Source: Octopus vulgaris (lineage: Eukaryota). From it: 64,000 nucleotides of DNA. Location: assembly GCA_951406725.2 (NCBI GenBank), contig OX597825.1, positions 47,492,001 through 47,556,000 of the forward strand, read 5' to 3'. Positions 38,050 to 54,899 of this stretch are shown one piece after another (the stretch's first letter is position 1; each line of letters starts with the position of its first letter). Below the pieces are notes generated by a model. That model made no database searches. It saw nothing but the letters and a program-made list of their open reading frames with translations, and was not told where the DNA came from. The position numbers and the translations under genes are program-made.

Positions 38050-41000
38050 TTTAGGCTCACCAAATAATTTCGGCGGGCGTTAAATTTAACTGAATCAAAT
38101 ACACCTCAACAAGATGGCGGAGCGCATCTTGAAATGTTTGAAAACCAGAACAATCCCTCCTACCAATATTATAAAGGATGAAGACTTCCCTCTCCATCCC
38201 TTCGTTACGGGCAACAATACAGGGGAAGAGGAGGAGGAGGAACCAAAGACTCTCATGACACAAAGTCCAACTACGAATAACAACAATAGTAACAGAAACA
38301 CTAACAGCGATAGAAATGATAACAGCAGCAGCCGCAATGGTGACAGCAGCCGCATCAGTAGTAGTAGTGATAGCAATAACAACCATGAAAAACACAGCAA
38401 CTGCAGCAGCTGTAGCGAAAACAGCAACACCAACAACAACATCAAGAGCAAAATTGACAAAAGCAACAACAAAACTAATACCAATAACATCAATAAGAAC
38501 AACGACAACAACAACGACGGTAGCAACAGCAATAGTAACAGCAACAAAGACAACAATGAGAACAATACCAATAACAAAAACATGTTCGCAGCAGTAGCAG
38601 CGAAGAACAAGCAACGCCTTACCGTAGACCTCACAAATAGGGTGCAGATGCTCCCACAGGCATGGAAATGAATAAAACAAGAGTAAACTTGGGCCAACCT
38701 GACTATCCCATCAGAGGCAATTGAAGCAGTGGAGAGAAGAACGGTGCTTTTCAGATGCATCTCAGAAGACACGAAAAGAGTGGTTTTAATACCCCAAGTA
38801 GATATTGAGGCGGCGCTCAGGTGCATCAGAAATGACATCGAATACATAGTGAGAGGCAAACAATACAGCACCATTTCCGTGCTGTTAAAGTCAGAATCCC
38901 TCGCTATGAAGCATTCAATGACCTCTTTGCAAAACCAGCAAAGTCATTATGTACCCCTCCCACATGGGAAAACGTACAGCCCGTGTCCACATTCCTAGAA
39001 TCCCACCAGGACTAGATATTTAGTGGCTTCTGGAATGCGTAATTGTGGAGCGGACGGATACTGTCCCTATAGAGGCAGCAAGAATTGCTGTTGTCCTGGT
39101 GATACTTCTCCAGATCAAACCCGAAAATATAAAAAAAAAAATCCCGGATCACATCCGTTCCAGAACGGGACGGTGATACATATTATGATTGAGGGTAAAA
39201 GGCCTCGTTGTTTCGCATGTGGAGAAACGACTCATTTGCGAACTTGCTGCCCCCAACTGGTACAAAGGGCAAGAGGTCAAAGTCCTCCATTGCTTCCTAC
39301 GCCGTTACGAGGACTACAAACAACACCAGCACCGGCAAAACCACCAGCAACAACACCAATGACATTAACCACCCTAGGGGAAAGAAGGAAAGTTCTCCCA
39401 GCCCTCACACCAAACAAAAATACACACATAAACCAGATTATAAGCATACGCACATACACAGACACACAGCAACAGACCCTTCATCTTCTGGTAGAAAAAC
39501 CAAAAGGTCCAAAAGAAAAATGAAACGGAAATCACAAAGCATAACAACACCAACAATACAGACACCACCCACGCAAACATCTCCCTAAAACACCAACACC
39601 AACACTAACACAACCAGCACCATCACTATCACCAGAATCCACCAAACTCAAACAACCTAAACAAGATCAAGCACTCACACAAACATCTAAAACTACAGAC
39701 ACCACACTCACAGCACACACACAGACACATCAGAAACAACAAGACCATCACAAATACAGTCAAGCAAGCAAATTAAACAACACCAACCCAAAACACCCAA
39801 CTTCGTATTCATCAGAAGGGTCAACGAGGAGCCGATGGCCCTCGTTACACAAAACACGGAATTTGAAACGGAGTGGGTGATGTTCGAATCGAACACATTT
39901 CGCTTACCAGAAGATTTACTTCTGGTGCGAATGTCGCTCGATTCCTACAAAAAAATTCGAGTGGACTTTCCGGAGGACATGGGATCCACGAACGTGAGAC
40001 CCACATCAAGGCTCTTAAAGGGGTTCCCCCCAAAAGACCCCACCAATTATGGAAGTCGAACCACCCGACATTCACGAGACACCAGGAGGTAAGTAAACGT
40101 TTCCCTTCTCCCTTTAGCTTGCCAACATATCCATACTAAGAGAAGAATTTTTAAATGTTCGAGGCTTGGGGTCGCTCTGGAGGAAGGAGCATATGCTCAA
40201 CGACCTCAGGTCTCTTGAATTCGATGTAATTGGTGTCAGTGAGACCAGGATTTCCAATACACGCGCACTGGCCCCATGTTGAGGACTACCAAATCTTTGC
40301 ATCTGTTAGTCGGTCGGGAATGGTAGGTGGAGTGGCTATGCGGTTTTTTAGAAAAAACTGGATCTCGAGGTAAAGTCGATATTCCAGGACCCGAACGGGA
40401 AGTTGGTGGTCCTGGATGTGAGCAATAGTGAAACGACCGAATTTCTTTAGGCGTCTGGAAGCCTTTACTGTTAGTAGGGGACTGGATTGGAATCTTAGAT
40501 TAACGATGGGATTGTGTGAGAGTGGCTGATAGAAGAGTGAGATGTTTTTGCCTCAAACACTTGATCAGCCAGTTCCAATTGTCTGACGGGTACCGACGAA
40601 ATTTCCCTAATGCCTCAGTGTGGACCTGTACCAACCGCTTTGAGTCATCTAGATCGTATACAAATAGGATTTTCGATAGGAAAATAGAAAGTAATAGTGT
40701 TGGACATCCACTTTTTAAAATTGTTGCCTATTCAGACCTTAAGTTTGTACGGTCGACCAAGATAATACACCTACGTTAGGACCAGAGTACTGGAAGCTGA
40801 ACATATCGTTTCCGGCACGTAAGACGTACAGGGACCGGGTCAGCAATTTAGTTAAGCAGAAGTTGACAAGTGGGTGTCATCAACAACAGGTGGTGGACGG
40901 CTCTCAAAAGAGAGATTAGATTTTGGCCAAGGTATTATCAAAGAGATTGGCGCTTGTCGTCGAGGATTTAGTTGGGGAGGTGCAATTCTGCGCAATCTCG

Positions 41001-42432
41001 ACTAGGCTCATATGCGACAACCTCCATCTCATGCAATACATCATAGAAAGAATAGGGTGTAAACTTGGCTTCGGTGGGGTGCTGATCAATTTAGATCAAT
41101 CGAAAGTATTCGATAGGGTCGACGATCGATATTTAGAGGCCGTCCTCAAAGCGGCTGGTTTCGGACCCGTTTTGAGAGGTTGAATCGCTGCAATGCACAG
41201 CGCCTCAGCGAGGTGGTCAAAGTTAATGGCCACCTCTCGGAACCGTTTCAGATCTCCCGATCAGTCCGTCAAGTGTGCCCTCACTCCCTTCTGTACTTGA
41301 ACCGTTACTACGGAAGCTGGAGCTGCTGCAGGACATCCTATTCGATCCGGGGCGCAGGAGAGCTGTGTCGGCGTATGACGACGCCATCAACGTGATGGTG
41401 TTGGACAACCCCGAAATCAAGGTGGTCGGCACCTCGATTTCTGAAGTGTCAATGAATGTGAATGTGAAAAGTTGACGGGAGCAAAACTTAACCCGGAAGT
41501 CGGTGGGCTTGCAACTCGGCACCTGGAGAAGCCAGGCCATGCCCTCTAACAGCATAGTTGGACTCTGGACAGAGGGACCAGTAAAGTTGCTTGGGGTTTG
41601 ATTCGGACCAGACTTCCAGGTGGATAAGAACTGGAATGAGGTGACGAGGAGGGTAGCCAGTCTCACCCAGAAATGGGCTGAGAGGAAGCTATCACTGTGA
41701 AAGTTCGAGCCGAGGTGGTCAATGCGTACACCGCGTACGTAGTCTACTACCACTTGATCGTCATACTTTGCCCCCGATCGCGCCTCGCCCAATTGGAGCG
41801 TTTCCTCTTCAAATTCTTGTGGACGGGACAGGTTCCATTGATGAGGTGGTCCATCTGCTGCCAACACCCTCTATGCGGAGGACTGGGTATGTCGTGATAA
41901 GCGATGCGCAGACATGCACTAAAGCTGCATCATTTACAGCTATTCTGCCAAAACAGTGAACAGGTGTGGTCGCCGTTTGTCAAACAATCCTTTTCCCAGC
42001 TCGTCTCCTTGACTGAGCTGTAGTCCTGGGTCAAGAAGAGACCGAGGCAGGGTGACTGGCATCTGAAATGTTGCGAGACACTCACTGCCTCTGCCGGGAG
42101 AGCAATGCGATCAATGGAACATTCACTGAGGGCTAGTGGAGGGAGAGAGTGATGATACGCTTGGAGATACACTAGGCGTTGCCGAAGTTGAACTAACCAG
42201 TCTGTCCAGGAAACAATGGATAACGTCCAGATATTCCTAGCTTGGCAGTGCTACCCGGGGGCACTGCCGGTTCGAGATAAACTCTATAGGTACGGAAGTA
42301 CTGTCAGGCGGACCTGCTCGAGATTCGCTTAGAGCGACGAAACTGTTCTGCATACACTCGTCCAATGTCCTTACATTACTGACTTGTGGAGTTATGTTGA
42401 ACAACTGTTATCACGTGTGGGCCGGATCCAGC
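38050..42432 (+). mobile_element. Near-full-length decayed Tx1/L1-clade LINE (ORF1 with zinc knuckle; ORF2 APE-RT)
   Basis: ORF1 remnants from 38114 with a CFACGETTHLRTCC knuckle. APE motifs LNVRGL and ETR. RT motifs AKVLSKRL, NLDQSKVFDRVD, SVRQVCP.S.LLY and AYDDA. C-terminal C..ET..H...QCP. Many frameshifts. Confidence 0.88.
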
Positions 42433-42464
42433 TAAGGGCCTAGTTCAGAGTGAATATCGGTCCA

Positions 42465-42780
<316 letters not shown>

Positions 42781-42782
<2 letters not shown>

Positions 42783-43315
42783 ATACCCTGATGCTGTACC
42801 AGACAGTGACACTCATGGCTTCGCATCTTAACTGACTGGAAGTGTTATCATATACATTGTTTTGTCTTGGTATATTCTGCTCAATACCACAGATTTGCTT
42901 GTCAGTTGTTTGACCTTAACCAGTTGAGCATGTCACTTAGTAGCTGATGATATGTGCATCTCTGATCCCGAGCAGAAGTAGCGGGTGATCATCATAGCCA
43001 TGTGTTGAGAGGGATTCTTTGGGGTCTGAATAATTCACATTTGGAGACATGGGTGTTTCGTTCAACATCCTTAAACAACCCTTATTCAGGGACCTTTTGA
43101 GCGGGATAGGTTACTCGACCTGAAGAAAATTCTAACTGGGCTCCACCTGTAAGGTCATGTGCTGTTTATCTTGATATGAGATCACCATGTCGCGCACATA
43201 TGGTTGTGATACATGTGCCTAGTGTACCCTTATCAGACGGGTAGTGATGATGGGTATACTGGGCTTCGTATATTTTACCCCAGTGTCACTTTGTTGGCAT
43301 GCACTGCTCTCTCAC

Positions 43316-43317
<2 letters not shown>
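42781..43317 (+). mobile_element. ~540-bp (AAT)n-embedded non-coding element, copy 1
   Basis: CCCTGATGC.GTACCAG...GCACTGCTCTCTCACT. Six near-complete copies in the window. Confidence 0.9.
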
Positions 43318-43379
<62 letters not shown>

Positions 43380-43423
43380 CAACAACTATGTATATTAATA
43401 ATAATAATAATATATAATAATAA

Positions 43424-45065
43424 TATAAGGATGACTTAAAACTATACGCTACAAATGACAAACAGCTGGGAACACTACTACAGACAGTGCATAGATTTAC
43501 CAAAGAAATATATAAGGAATTTGGATTTTAAAAATGTGCCAACGTAACCCTGAAAAGAGGAAAACTAGTTAAGAGTAGCAACATCACACTAGATAAAGCA
43601 AATGAAATAAGAGAATTAGACCAAAGCCAAACTTACAAATATTTATGAATCCATGAACTAGATATGATACAACACACAAATGAAAGAGAAAATAAAGAGA
43701 GCTCAATGCTAAAAACAAGATAATAGATATTAACGCTTTGGCCGTCCCAGTTATAAGTTACAGCTACAATATCCTTAACTGGACATTAAATGAACTAAAC
43801 AAAGTAGACAGGAAAACCTGAAAAATAATGACAGAATCTAAGATGCATCACCCAAAATCTGCCATAGAAAGGCTATATATACAACGTATAGAAGGTGGTA
43901 GAGGCCTTATACAGCTGGAAAACTATTATAAAATATCCACCAGAGGACTGCAAAAATGTCGACTTCTGAAGCATGGAAAACTGATACAAACAGCGGCAAA
44001 ACACGAGCAAAACAAAAAAACTGTTCTCAGTATTTAAGGAAGAAGAAGAAGAAGAAGAAGAAGAAGAAGAAGAAGAAGAAGAAGAAGAAGAAGAAGAAGA
44101 AGAAGAAGAAGAAGAAGAAGAAGAAGAAGAAACAACAAAATCTATAAAACAAAGGAAATCCGAACTAAAAATAGAACAGCAACGGAACATGATAAAGCGA
44201 TGGCAAGAAAAGCCCCTTCATGGCAAATACTGGACTAAACTAAATGCAAAAGAAATAGACAAAGAAAAATCCCAGCAATGGTTGAGAAGCTCAGGACTCA
44301 AAGCAGAGACAGAGGGATTTTTAATTGCAGCACAAGACCAAAGCCTCCCCACCAGGAATTACCAAAAACATATAATGAAAAGAAACATAACAAGTAACTG
44401 TAGAATATGTGGAGATAGACAAGAAACAATAAATTATATTATCTATGGCTGCCCAGTCCTGGCTAAGAAGGAATATACTCACAGACATGACAGAGTTGGG
44501 ACCTACATACACTGGAAGCTATACCAACATTATGGAATAACAACAGAAAAAAGATGGAATAGGCACACACCAGAAAAGGTCACAGAAAACGAGAAAGCAA
44601 CCATACCCTGGTATATACCAATACACACAGACAGAGATATTAAGACCAATAGGCCAGATATAGTTGTCAGAGATCATGAAGAAGAAAAATGCTTTCTAAT
44701 TGATGTATCAATACCAGCAGACGACAACGTTTCTCTAAAAGAAATGGAGAAGCCTTCAAAATACAAAGACCTGGAAATAGAGGTAACTCAAATGTGGAAT
44801 CTAAAAACAGAAACAATTCCTATCGTAGTAGGCGCATTAGGCTTGATAAACAAATATTCAGACAAATAGATAACAAAAACACCAGGACATACAAATATAT
44901 ATAACATACAGAAAATTGCACTACTAGGCACTGCACACATCCTACGCAAAGCACTTTCAATACAGTAACCAACAGAGCATCAAAACAAATCACAGCAAAT
45001 ACCCAAGGCAAACAGAGCTGCGCTCGGTAGTGAAGTGAAAGCACGCTATAGAAATAAAACTACTG
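43424..45065 (+). mobile_element. R4/Dong-clade LINE, 5'-truncated copy A (RT end, CCHC, restriction-like endonuclease)
   Basis: Starts at DDLKLY. ETEGFLIAAQDQ, CRIC...ETIN.II.GC, RHDRVG, RPDIVV, LIDVSIP, KYKDL. The 3' UTR ends ACTACTG followed by (AAT)n. Confidence 0.92.
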
Positions 45066-45081
45066 AACAATAATAATAATA

Positions 45082-45180
<99 letters not shown>

Positions 45181-45707
45181 TCTCATGGCTTCTGATCTTA
45201 ACTGATTGGAAGTGTTATCATGTACATTGTTTTGCCTTGGTATAAAAGATGGGCTACAGCAAATATTCTGCTCAATACCACAGATTTGCTTGTCAGTTGT
45301 TTGACCTTAACCAGTTGAGCATGTCCCTTAGTGGCTGACGATATGTGCATCTCTGATCACGAGCAGAAGTAGTGGGGAGCATCATAGCCATGTGTTGAGA
45401 GGGATTCTTTGGGGTTTGAATAATTCACCTCTGGAAACATGGTTGGTTCTTTCAACATCCTTAAACAACCCTTATTCAGAGACCTTTTGAGCGGGATGGG
45501 CTACTCAACCTGAAGAAAATTCTAACTGGGCCCCACCTGCAAGGTCATGTGCTGTTTATCTTGATATGAGATCACCATGTCGCGCACATATGGTTGTGAT
45601 GCATGTGCCTGGTGTACCTTTATCAGACGGGTAGTCATGATCGGTATATTGGGCTTCGTATATTTTACCCCAGTGTCACTTTGATGGCATGCACTGCTCT
45701 CTCACTC
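45181..45707 (+). mobile_element. ~540-bp element, copy 2 (about 30 bp short at the 5' end)
   Basis: Homologous to copy 1, with (AAT)n on both sides. Confidence 0.9.
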
Positions 45708-45723
45708 AATAATAATAATATTA

Positions 45724-45788
<65 letters not shown>

Positions 45789-45791
<3 letters not shown>

Positions 45792-48124
45792 AAACATACT
45801 ACCAGAGCCAGAGACAATGCCTGAAAGGCTCACGAAGGGGAAAACCATCTTAATTCCCAAATCAAATGAAACAGAAAAACCAGAAAACTACAGACCAATA
45901 ACCTGTCTCCCTACAATGTATAAGGCATTTACTGCAGTGATATCGCAAAGGTTGAACAAGCGCCTGGACGAAAACAACCTGTTTCCAGAAGAGCAGAAAG
46001 AATGCCTCAAAGGCTCATATGGCTGTAATGATCAACTAATGATTAATAAAGCCATAACTGAAGACAGCCACAGAAAGAGGAAAGGCCTCAGTATGGCCTG
46101 GATCGACTACAAAAAAGGCGTTTGATAGCATCCCCCCACACATGGATCCTCGAAACACCAGCCATTAACAAAGTAGCACCAACAATTATAAAATTCATAG
46201 GGCACTCTATGAATAAATGGCAAACAGTGCTACAGCTCCAAACAAAAGAGGGACTCATGAAAACCAAAGCCATCCCCATTAGAAGAGGAATATTCCAGGG
46301 AGACACGCTCTCTCCACTCATTTTCTGCTTGGCACTGTCACCTCTATCTGATATGCTAAACAGAACTGGATGCAGATATAAATGTTACGGCAAAACGATC
46401 AGCCACCTTTTATATATGGATGACCTAAAACTATACGCTGCAAATGACAAGCAGCTGGAAACACTATTAAAGATAGTTCATGGTTTTACCAAAGAAATAG
46501 ATATGAAATTTGGATTAGGAAAATGCGCCAAAGTAACCCTGAAAATAGGAAAACTAGTTAAGAGTAGCAACATCACACTAGATAAAACCAATGAAATAAA
46601 AGAATTAGACCAAAGCCAAACTTACAAATACTTAGGAATCCATGAATTAGATATGACACAACACACACAAATGAAAGAGAAAATAAAAAACGAATATTAT
46701 AGACGAGTTAGATCAATACTAAAAACGGAGCTCAATGCTAAAAACAAGATAATAGGTATTAACACTTTAGCTGTCCCAGTTATAAGTTACAGCTACAATA
46801 TCCTTAACTGGACACTAAATGAACTGACCAAAATAGATAGGAAAAAAAAGAAAAATAATGACAGGATCTAGGATGCATCACTGAAAATCTGACATAGAAA
46901 GACTATATATACAACGTATAGAAGGTGGTAGAGGCCTTATACAGCTGGAAAACTACTATAAAATAACCACCATAGGACTGCAAAAATATCTTCTTCAGAA
47001 GGAAGGAAAACTGATACACATAGCGGCAAAACACGAGCAAAACAAAAAACTGTTCTCAGTATTTAAGGGAGCTGACAAATACAAACAAGAAATCATACCA
47101 CCTAACAAATATGAAGAAGAAGAAGAAGAAGAAGAAGAAGAAGAAGAAGAAGAAGAAGAAGAAGAAGAAGAAGAAGAAGAAGAAGAAGAAGAAGAAACAA
47201 CAAAAGCTATAAAACAAATGAAATCCAAACTAAAAATAGAACAGCAAAGAACCATGATAAAGCGATGGCAAGAAAAGCCCCTTCATGGTAAATACTGGAC
47301 TAAACTAAACGCAAAAGAAATAGACAAAGAAAAATCCCAGCAATGGTTGAGAAGCTCAGGACTCAAAGCAGAGACAGAGGGATTTTTAATTGCAGCACAA
47401 GACCAAAGCCTCCCCACCAGAAATTACCAAAAAAATGTAATGAAAAGAAATATTACAAGTAACTGCAGAATATGTGGAGATGGACAAGAAACAATAAATC
47501 ATATTATCTCTGGCTGCCCAGTCCTGGCTAAGAAGGAATATATTCACAGACATGACAGAGTTGGAACCTACATACACTGGAAGCTACGCCAACATTATGG
47601 AATAACAACAGAAAAAAGATGGAATAGGCACACACCAGAAAAGGTCACAGAAAACGAGAAAGCAACCATACTCTGGGATATGCCGATACACACAAATAGA
47701 GAAATTAAGGCCAACAGACCAGATATAGGTGTTAGAGATCATGAAGAAGAAAAATGCTTTCTAATTGATGTATCAATTCCGGCAGATGACAACGTTTCTC
47801 TAAAAGAAATGGAGAGACTTTCAAAATGCAAGACCTGGAAATAGAGGTAACCAGAATGTGGAATCTAAAAACAGAAACAATTCCTATCATAGTAGGCGCA
47901 TTAGGCTTGATAAAAAAATATTCAGACAAATACATAACAAAATCACCAGGACTTACAAACACATATAACATACAGAATATTGCATCACTAGGCACTGCAC
48001 ACATCCTACGCAGAACACTTTCCATACAATAACCATCAGAGCATCACAACAAATCACAGCACATACCTAAAAAACAGAGCTGCGCTCGGTAGTGAAGTGA
48101 AAGCACGCTATAAAAATAAAACTA

Positions 48125-48127
<3 letters not shown>
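45789..48127 (+). mobile_element. R4/Dong-clade LINE, 5'-truncated copy B
   Basis: YRPITCL, EQK, WIDYKK, RGIFQGDTLSP, HLLYMDDLKL, YKYLG, plus the CCHC and RLE motifs seen in copy A. Few frameshifts. Flanked by (AAT)n. Confidence 0.95.
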
Positions 48128-48214
<87 letters not shown>

Positions 48215-48239
48215 TATTATTATTATTATTATAATTATA

Positions 48240-48276
<37 letters not shown>

Positions 48277-48284
48277 CACTAATA

Positions 48285-48348
<64 letters not shown>

Positions 48349-48354
48349 CGATGA

Positions 48355-50378
<2,024 letters not shown>

Positions 50379-50396
50379 TATATCAGGCAGTGACAT

Positions 50397-50950
50397 TGCC
50401 CTGATGCAGTACCAGACAGTGACACTCATGGCTTTTCATCTTAACTGACTGGAAGTGTTATCATGTACATTGTTTTGTCTTGGTATAAAAGATGGGCTAT
50501 AGCACATATTCTGCTCAATACCCCAGATTTGCTTGTCAGTTGTTTGACCTTAACCAGTTGAGCATGTCCCTTAGTGGCTGACTATATGTGCATCTCTGAT
50601 TACGAGCAGAAGTAGTGGAGGATCATGATAGCCGTGTGTTGAAAGGAATTCTTGGAGGTTTGGATAATTCACCTTTGGAAACATGGGTAGTTCGTTCAAC
50701 ATCCTTAAACAATTCTTATTCAGGGACTTTTTGAGCGTGATGGGCTACTCGACCTGAAAAAATTCTAACTGGGCTTCACCCGCAAGGTCATGTGCTGTTT
50801 ATCTTGATATGAGATCACCATGTCGCGCACATATGGTTGTGATGCATGTGCCTAGTGTACCCTTATCAGACGGGTAGTCATGATGGGTATATTGGGCTTC
50901 GTATATTTTACTCCAGTGTCACTTTGATGGCATGCACTGCTCTCTCACTC
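50397..50950 (+). mobile_element. ~540-bp element, copy 4
   Basis: Homologous to copy 1, with (AAT)n flanks. Confidence 0.9.
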
Positions 50951-51028
<78 letters not shown>

Positions 51029-51219
51029 TACTTGAAAGAGTAGCCTGCGTTGTGTCTATATGAAAAAATAGTTCCTCATCTGCTCCTCATTGAAAAGTGA
51101 AGGAAATTGGAATACGATGATTACTTAATTTACATTTTATATACTTTATGCACAATTTTATAGACTTAATACACATCACTCATAAAATAAATATTCACAC
51201 TTACTTTTCCATTTTTTTC

Positions 51220-51350
51220 ATTACAAATCAAATTTAAATGTTGAGGTGAATCGAACGGTTTTTGTGTGTTTTTAAATGACTTATAAACACATTCGACACT
51301 GCAGTTTTTGTTTCAGATCAAGTCACTTGCTTTGCAAGTACATCTCCGTA
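51220..51350 (+). repeat. Short dispersed repeat (retrozyme/pLTR-like family), copy 3
   Basis: Homologous to 13170-13258 and the reverse complement of 10730-10880. Confidence 0.75.
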
Positions 51351-52355
51351 AAAAAAAATAATAATTTACATGGTCACAATTCCATACCTAGAAAATAAAA
51401 ATTTTATAGTAAAAAAAATGATTTTAGTTGTAAAATATAGGTGTCACTCTTTCACAGGAGTAAAACTTCAATGCAACATGGCGTAATCTGAAAATGACAT
51501 CGTTGGTAACATATGACCCAAGAGGATGGGTCAGAGCCAATACATATTTCATTTGCTTACACCTTTCAATTCACCACCAACCCTACCACCAACACCACCA
51601 CCACTACCATTACCACCACTACTACCACCACCACCACCACCACCACCACCATCTTCATCATCCTTATTATCATCATCATCTCTGTCTCTCTCTCCCTCTC
51701 TATCTCTGTCTCTCTCTCTGTCTCTCTCTCCCTCTCCCTTTCTGTCTCTCTCTCTCTGCCTTTCTTTAACCTCACCATCAGAACATTGCTAAAATTATAC
51801 TCTTAACTCTCCTCCTCTATATCACTACTTTCAACTGACTCTTTAAACCACATAAATATTACATTCCCCATAACTCACGTCATGGACGCATCTCTCTTAC
51901 TCTTTTTCTCTCTATCCCTATTTTTCTTTCTCCGTTTTGTTTTTTCTTTCCCTTCAACTAATCATGTGAAAGCGTTACAATTACGTTCCCTCTACCTCAA
52001 GACATAGACACTTCTCTCTCCCTCTTTTTCTCCCTCCTATTTTTTCTCTCTCAGTCTTTTTTGTCTTTCTCTCTTTTCATTCTCCCTCTTTTTTCCACAC
52101 TCTTCGACTTTCCTTTCAACTAATCACGTGAAAGCGTTTCGGACAGGCTTAGTAAGCGGGCTAAGAGAGGGAGTGACAAAAAGAATTATTCTAAGATTAT
52201 TATTATCATTATTACTAGTCCAAACCCGTTGCTACGGTGCCAGATAAAAATATTTCTAAGTCATGTACGTACCTTCATAAATTGTGCAAATAATATTTAA
52301 ATTGACTTTCTTGGTGAACATTAGTAACAGAACATAATATACGAAAATACGATTA

Positions 52356-53315
52356 TATCAGGTCATCCCATAAGTTCTGTCTGATTTTACCTGTTTTTAA
52401 AAAGTTGAATGAAATCTAATAGTATTTTAGAATGTCTAATAGAATTAAAAATTATTTTTATGCATTTGTGTATATTTAAACTAATTAAATATTATTTTAC
52501 TGAATAATAGAATTAAAATTTCTTTGATTAAAACCCTTTCTAACATAGAAGTATCCAAAGTGCCTTTGAGGCATATAATGCTTTATGAGTAAAAAAAAGG
52601 AAACTCTGCACCCGAAGCGACTCGAAACATACACTTAGTTTATGGAAAAGAATGCTTGAATGAAATAACTTTTAGAAGATGGTTTTCAAAATTCAGAAGT
52701 AGAGATTTCAGCCTTAAAGATGAAGATCGAACAGAACGTCCAGTTCAGTTTGTTGATAAGCTCCTTGAGACATCACTTGAAGAAAATCCTGCATTATCAG
52801 TTGAAGCTTAGTTCAACCATACAACTGTTCATCATCATCTTCGGCAACTTGGAAAGGTTCCTAAACTTGGAAAATGAGTGTCTCATGAATTGTCCGAAAG
52901 CAACCGCAAATCCCGAGTTGACATCTGCTTTTCTCTCCATTCTCGTGAACTTATTTCACCCTTTTTGGATAGACTTGTGACTAGTGACGAAAACTGGATC
53001 TTCTATCAAAATGTTAAACGTCGTAAACAGTGGCTTGGTAAAAGGGAATTTCATGGAAAAAAGGTTCTTCTCTCTATCTGGTGGTATTGAAAAGGAGTAA
53101 TTCACTTTGAATTGTTACCACCTAATGCAACAATCAATGCTCAAGTCTACTGTCAGCAATTAGAGCGTTTGATTTGAAGAAGAAAAGACCTGCTTTAGTG
53201 AATCGAAAAAGAGTGATGTTTCATCAGGACAATGCGCGACCCTACACTCCAAAGATCACATCACAGAAGATCGAAGAAAAAAATTCCTCATCCACCTTAT
53301 TCTCCCGACACTTTT
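52356..53315 (+). mobile_element. Decayed mariner (DD34D) element, 3' truncated
   Basis: VSHELSE, LVTSDENWIFY.NVKR, KVLLSIWW, FHQDNARP and HPPYSPD motifs. Confidence 0.88.
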
Positions 53316-53560
53316 CTACTCCCATTCTTTTATTTGAAGTCTATGTTGCGTTTTCTATACGTTGAAACACACACACACACACACACACTCATACACAGAT
53401 ACAAAAAAATGACAAATATATCTTTCAAAACTTAAACAATGGTGACAATACTACCTACCTATCTATCTAGCTTTCACAAACACACACACACACACACCCA
53501 CATCACACACACACACACACACACACCCACGTCACACACACACACACACACACACGCACG

Positions 53561-53598
<38 letters not shown>

Positions 53599-54419
53599 TC
53601 CTCTCTCCTTCTCTTTTTGTCTGTCTGTCTCTCCCTCTCTCTTTGTTCCTCACACAAGCACACCCTATTTGTCTCTGAACAGCTTTTTCACCTCGCCTTC
53701 TTTTAAAAATACGCTTTAGTACTGAATCGTGTATACCGTTATATAATATATTTTGCCTGTTCACTCCTGGAAGTAACAAAAGAAACGAGCTTTAAATTAA
53801 CAGTGAGATTTTATTCCTTCGTAAAGTGGTACAGTGGATCAAGTAAGAAACATTACTAATTCTGGTGGCCGTAACTGATCCATCGCTTGGATAGTTCAGC
53901 TTGGGTCTAACGGCTGAATATCAGTATAATTCACCTTGCTGAAAAACACTCACCTCTCTGCTCTTAGATAATTTGTGGCATAAATTTATGAAAACACAGT
54001 AGTCTCCAGAGCGCATATCGATTAGTTGTTTGAAAACGTACAACGTGCAACGGGATAGATCTTTCGGTCTAAATCCCGCGCAATACTCGACCAATCACAG
54101 CACAGGACTCAAGCAATGTTCAAATCTCACATTATAGGTAAAACGACCAATCATTACAGATTAACGTGCTGAGCCTAATAAACGTTGATTGTCTTCAATA
54201 TGCCATAATAGAAATTGGTCTCACTATACGTTGTGACGTATATTTTGATTCTTCCCCTTCTTTCTCTCCCTGTTATAGATGATGTTACTGACAGACAGGC
54301 ATGGAGATCCGCTTGTCTTTTATAATATACAAGCAAAACGCCCCCCCCCCCGTCCAATGGCCGGTGCTGAGTTGTCAAACATTTAAACCAAATTTTCTCA
54401 AAACAACTTGTCCAACCGT

Positions 54420-54890
54420 CCCTTAGGCCTCCCCTTTGAGAAGCACTGATTTAACCTAAATTTGAGACACCAGCAAAAGAAGAAATAAAGATAGACTTTT
54501 TTCTATTCCAAAGAAAAACGATTTTATTCACAAAAATATGCAACCGAAGAGTTTAAAGTGCCAGTAATGATAAGGCTGTTGACTGGGAGAACACAAACAT
54601 GGCTTAAACAGTAAGCTTGGCAGGAATTTTGGCACAAACTGCACGTGCATTTTTCTCGCGTACGCGTAGTATCGATCGCAACAGCTGATGTACTTGTGCG
54701 TACAAATGCACGTTCCCACGGCTTTATCAATCGCATTTTCACCTGGAATCGATTTTTGTATTTTTTTCAAGACTTATACACGCTCTGATACCGTCGGTAT
54801 CTACATATCAAATTTGAGCGCAATCGGATGGAGGATGCCCGAAATCCTAGAAGACACACACACAGACAGAACGGATTTTATATAATAGAT
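54420..54890 (-). mobile_element. Helitron-like non-autonomous element (5' head)
   Basis: The - strand begins ATCTATTATATATAAAATCCGTTCTGTCTGTGTGTG. 3' end unresolved. Confidence 0.4.
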
Positions 54891-54899
54891 AAGACTATT

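Noticed and set aside
38057-38874. Long hydrophobic ORFs on the - strand and an Asn/Ser-rich ORF on the + strand as host genes
   Set aside because: They are the low-complexity region of the Tx1-like ORF1 and its antisense frames.
43213-43398. Recurrent short ORF MCLVYPYQTGS... as a peptide gene family
   Set aside because: It simply follows the copies of the 540-bp repeat and runs into (AAT)n. No evidence of coding constraint.
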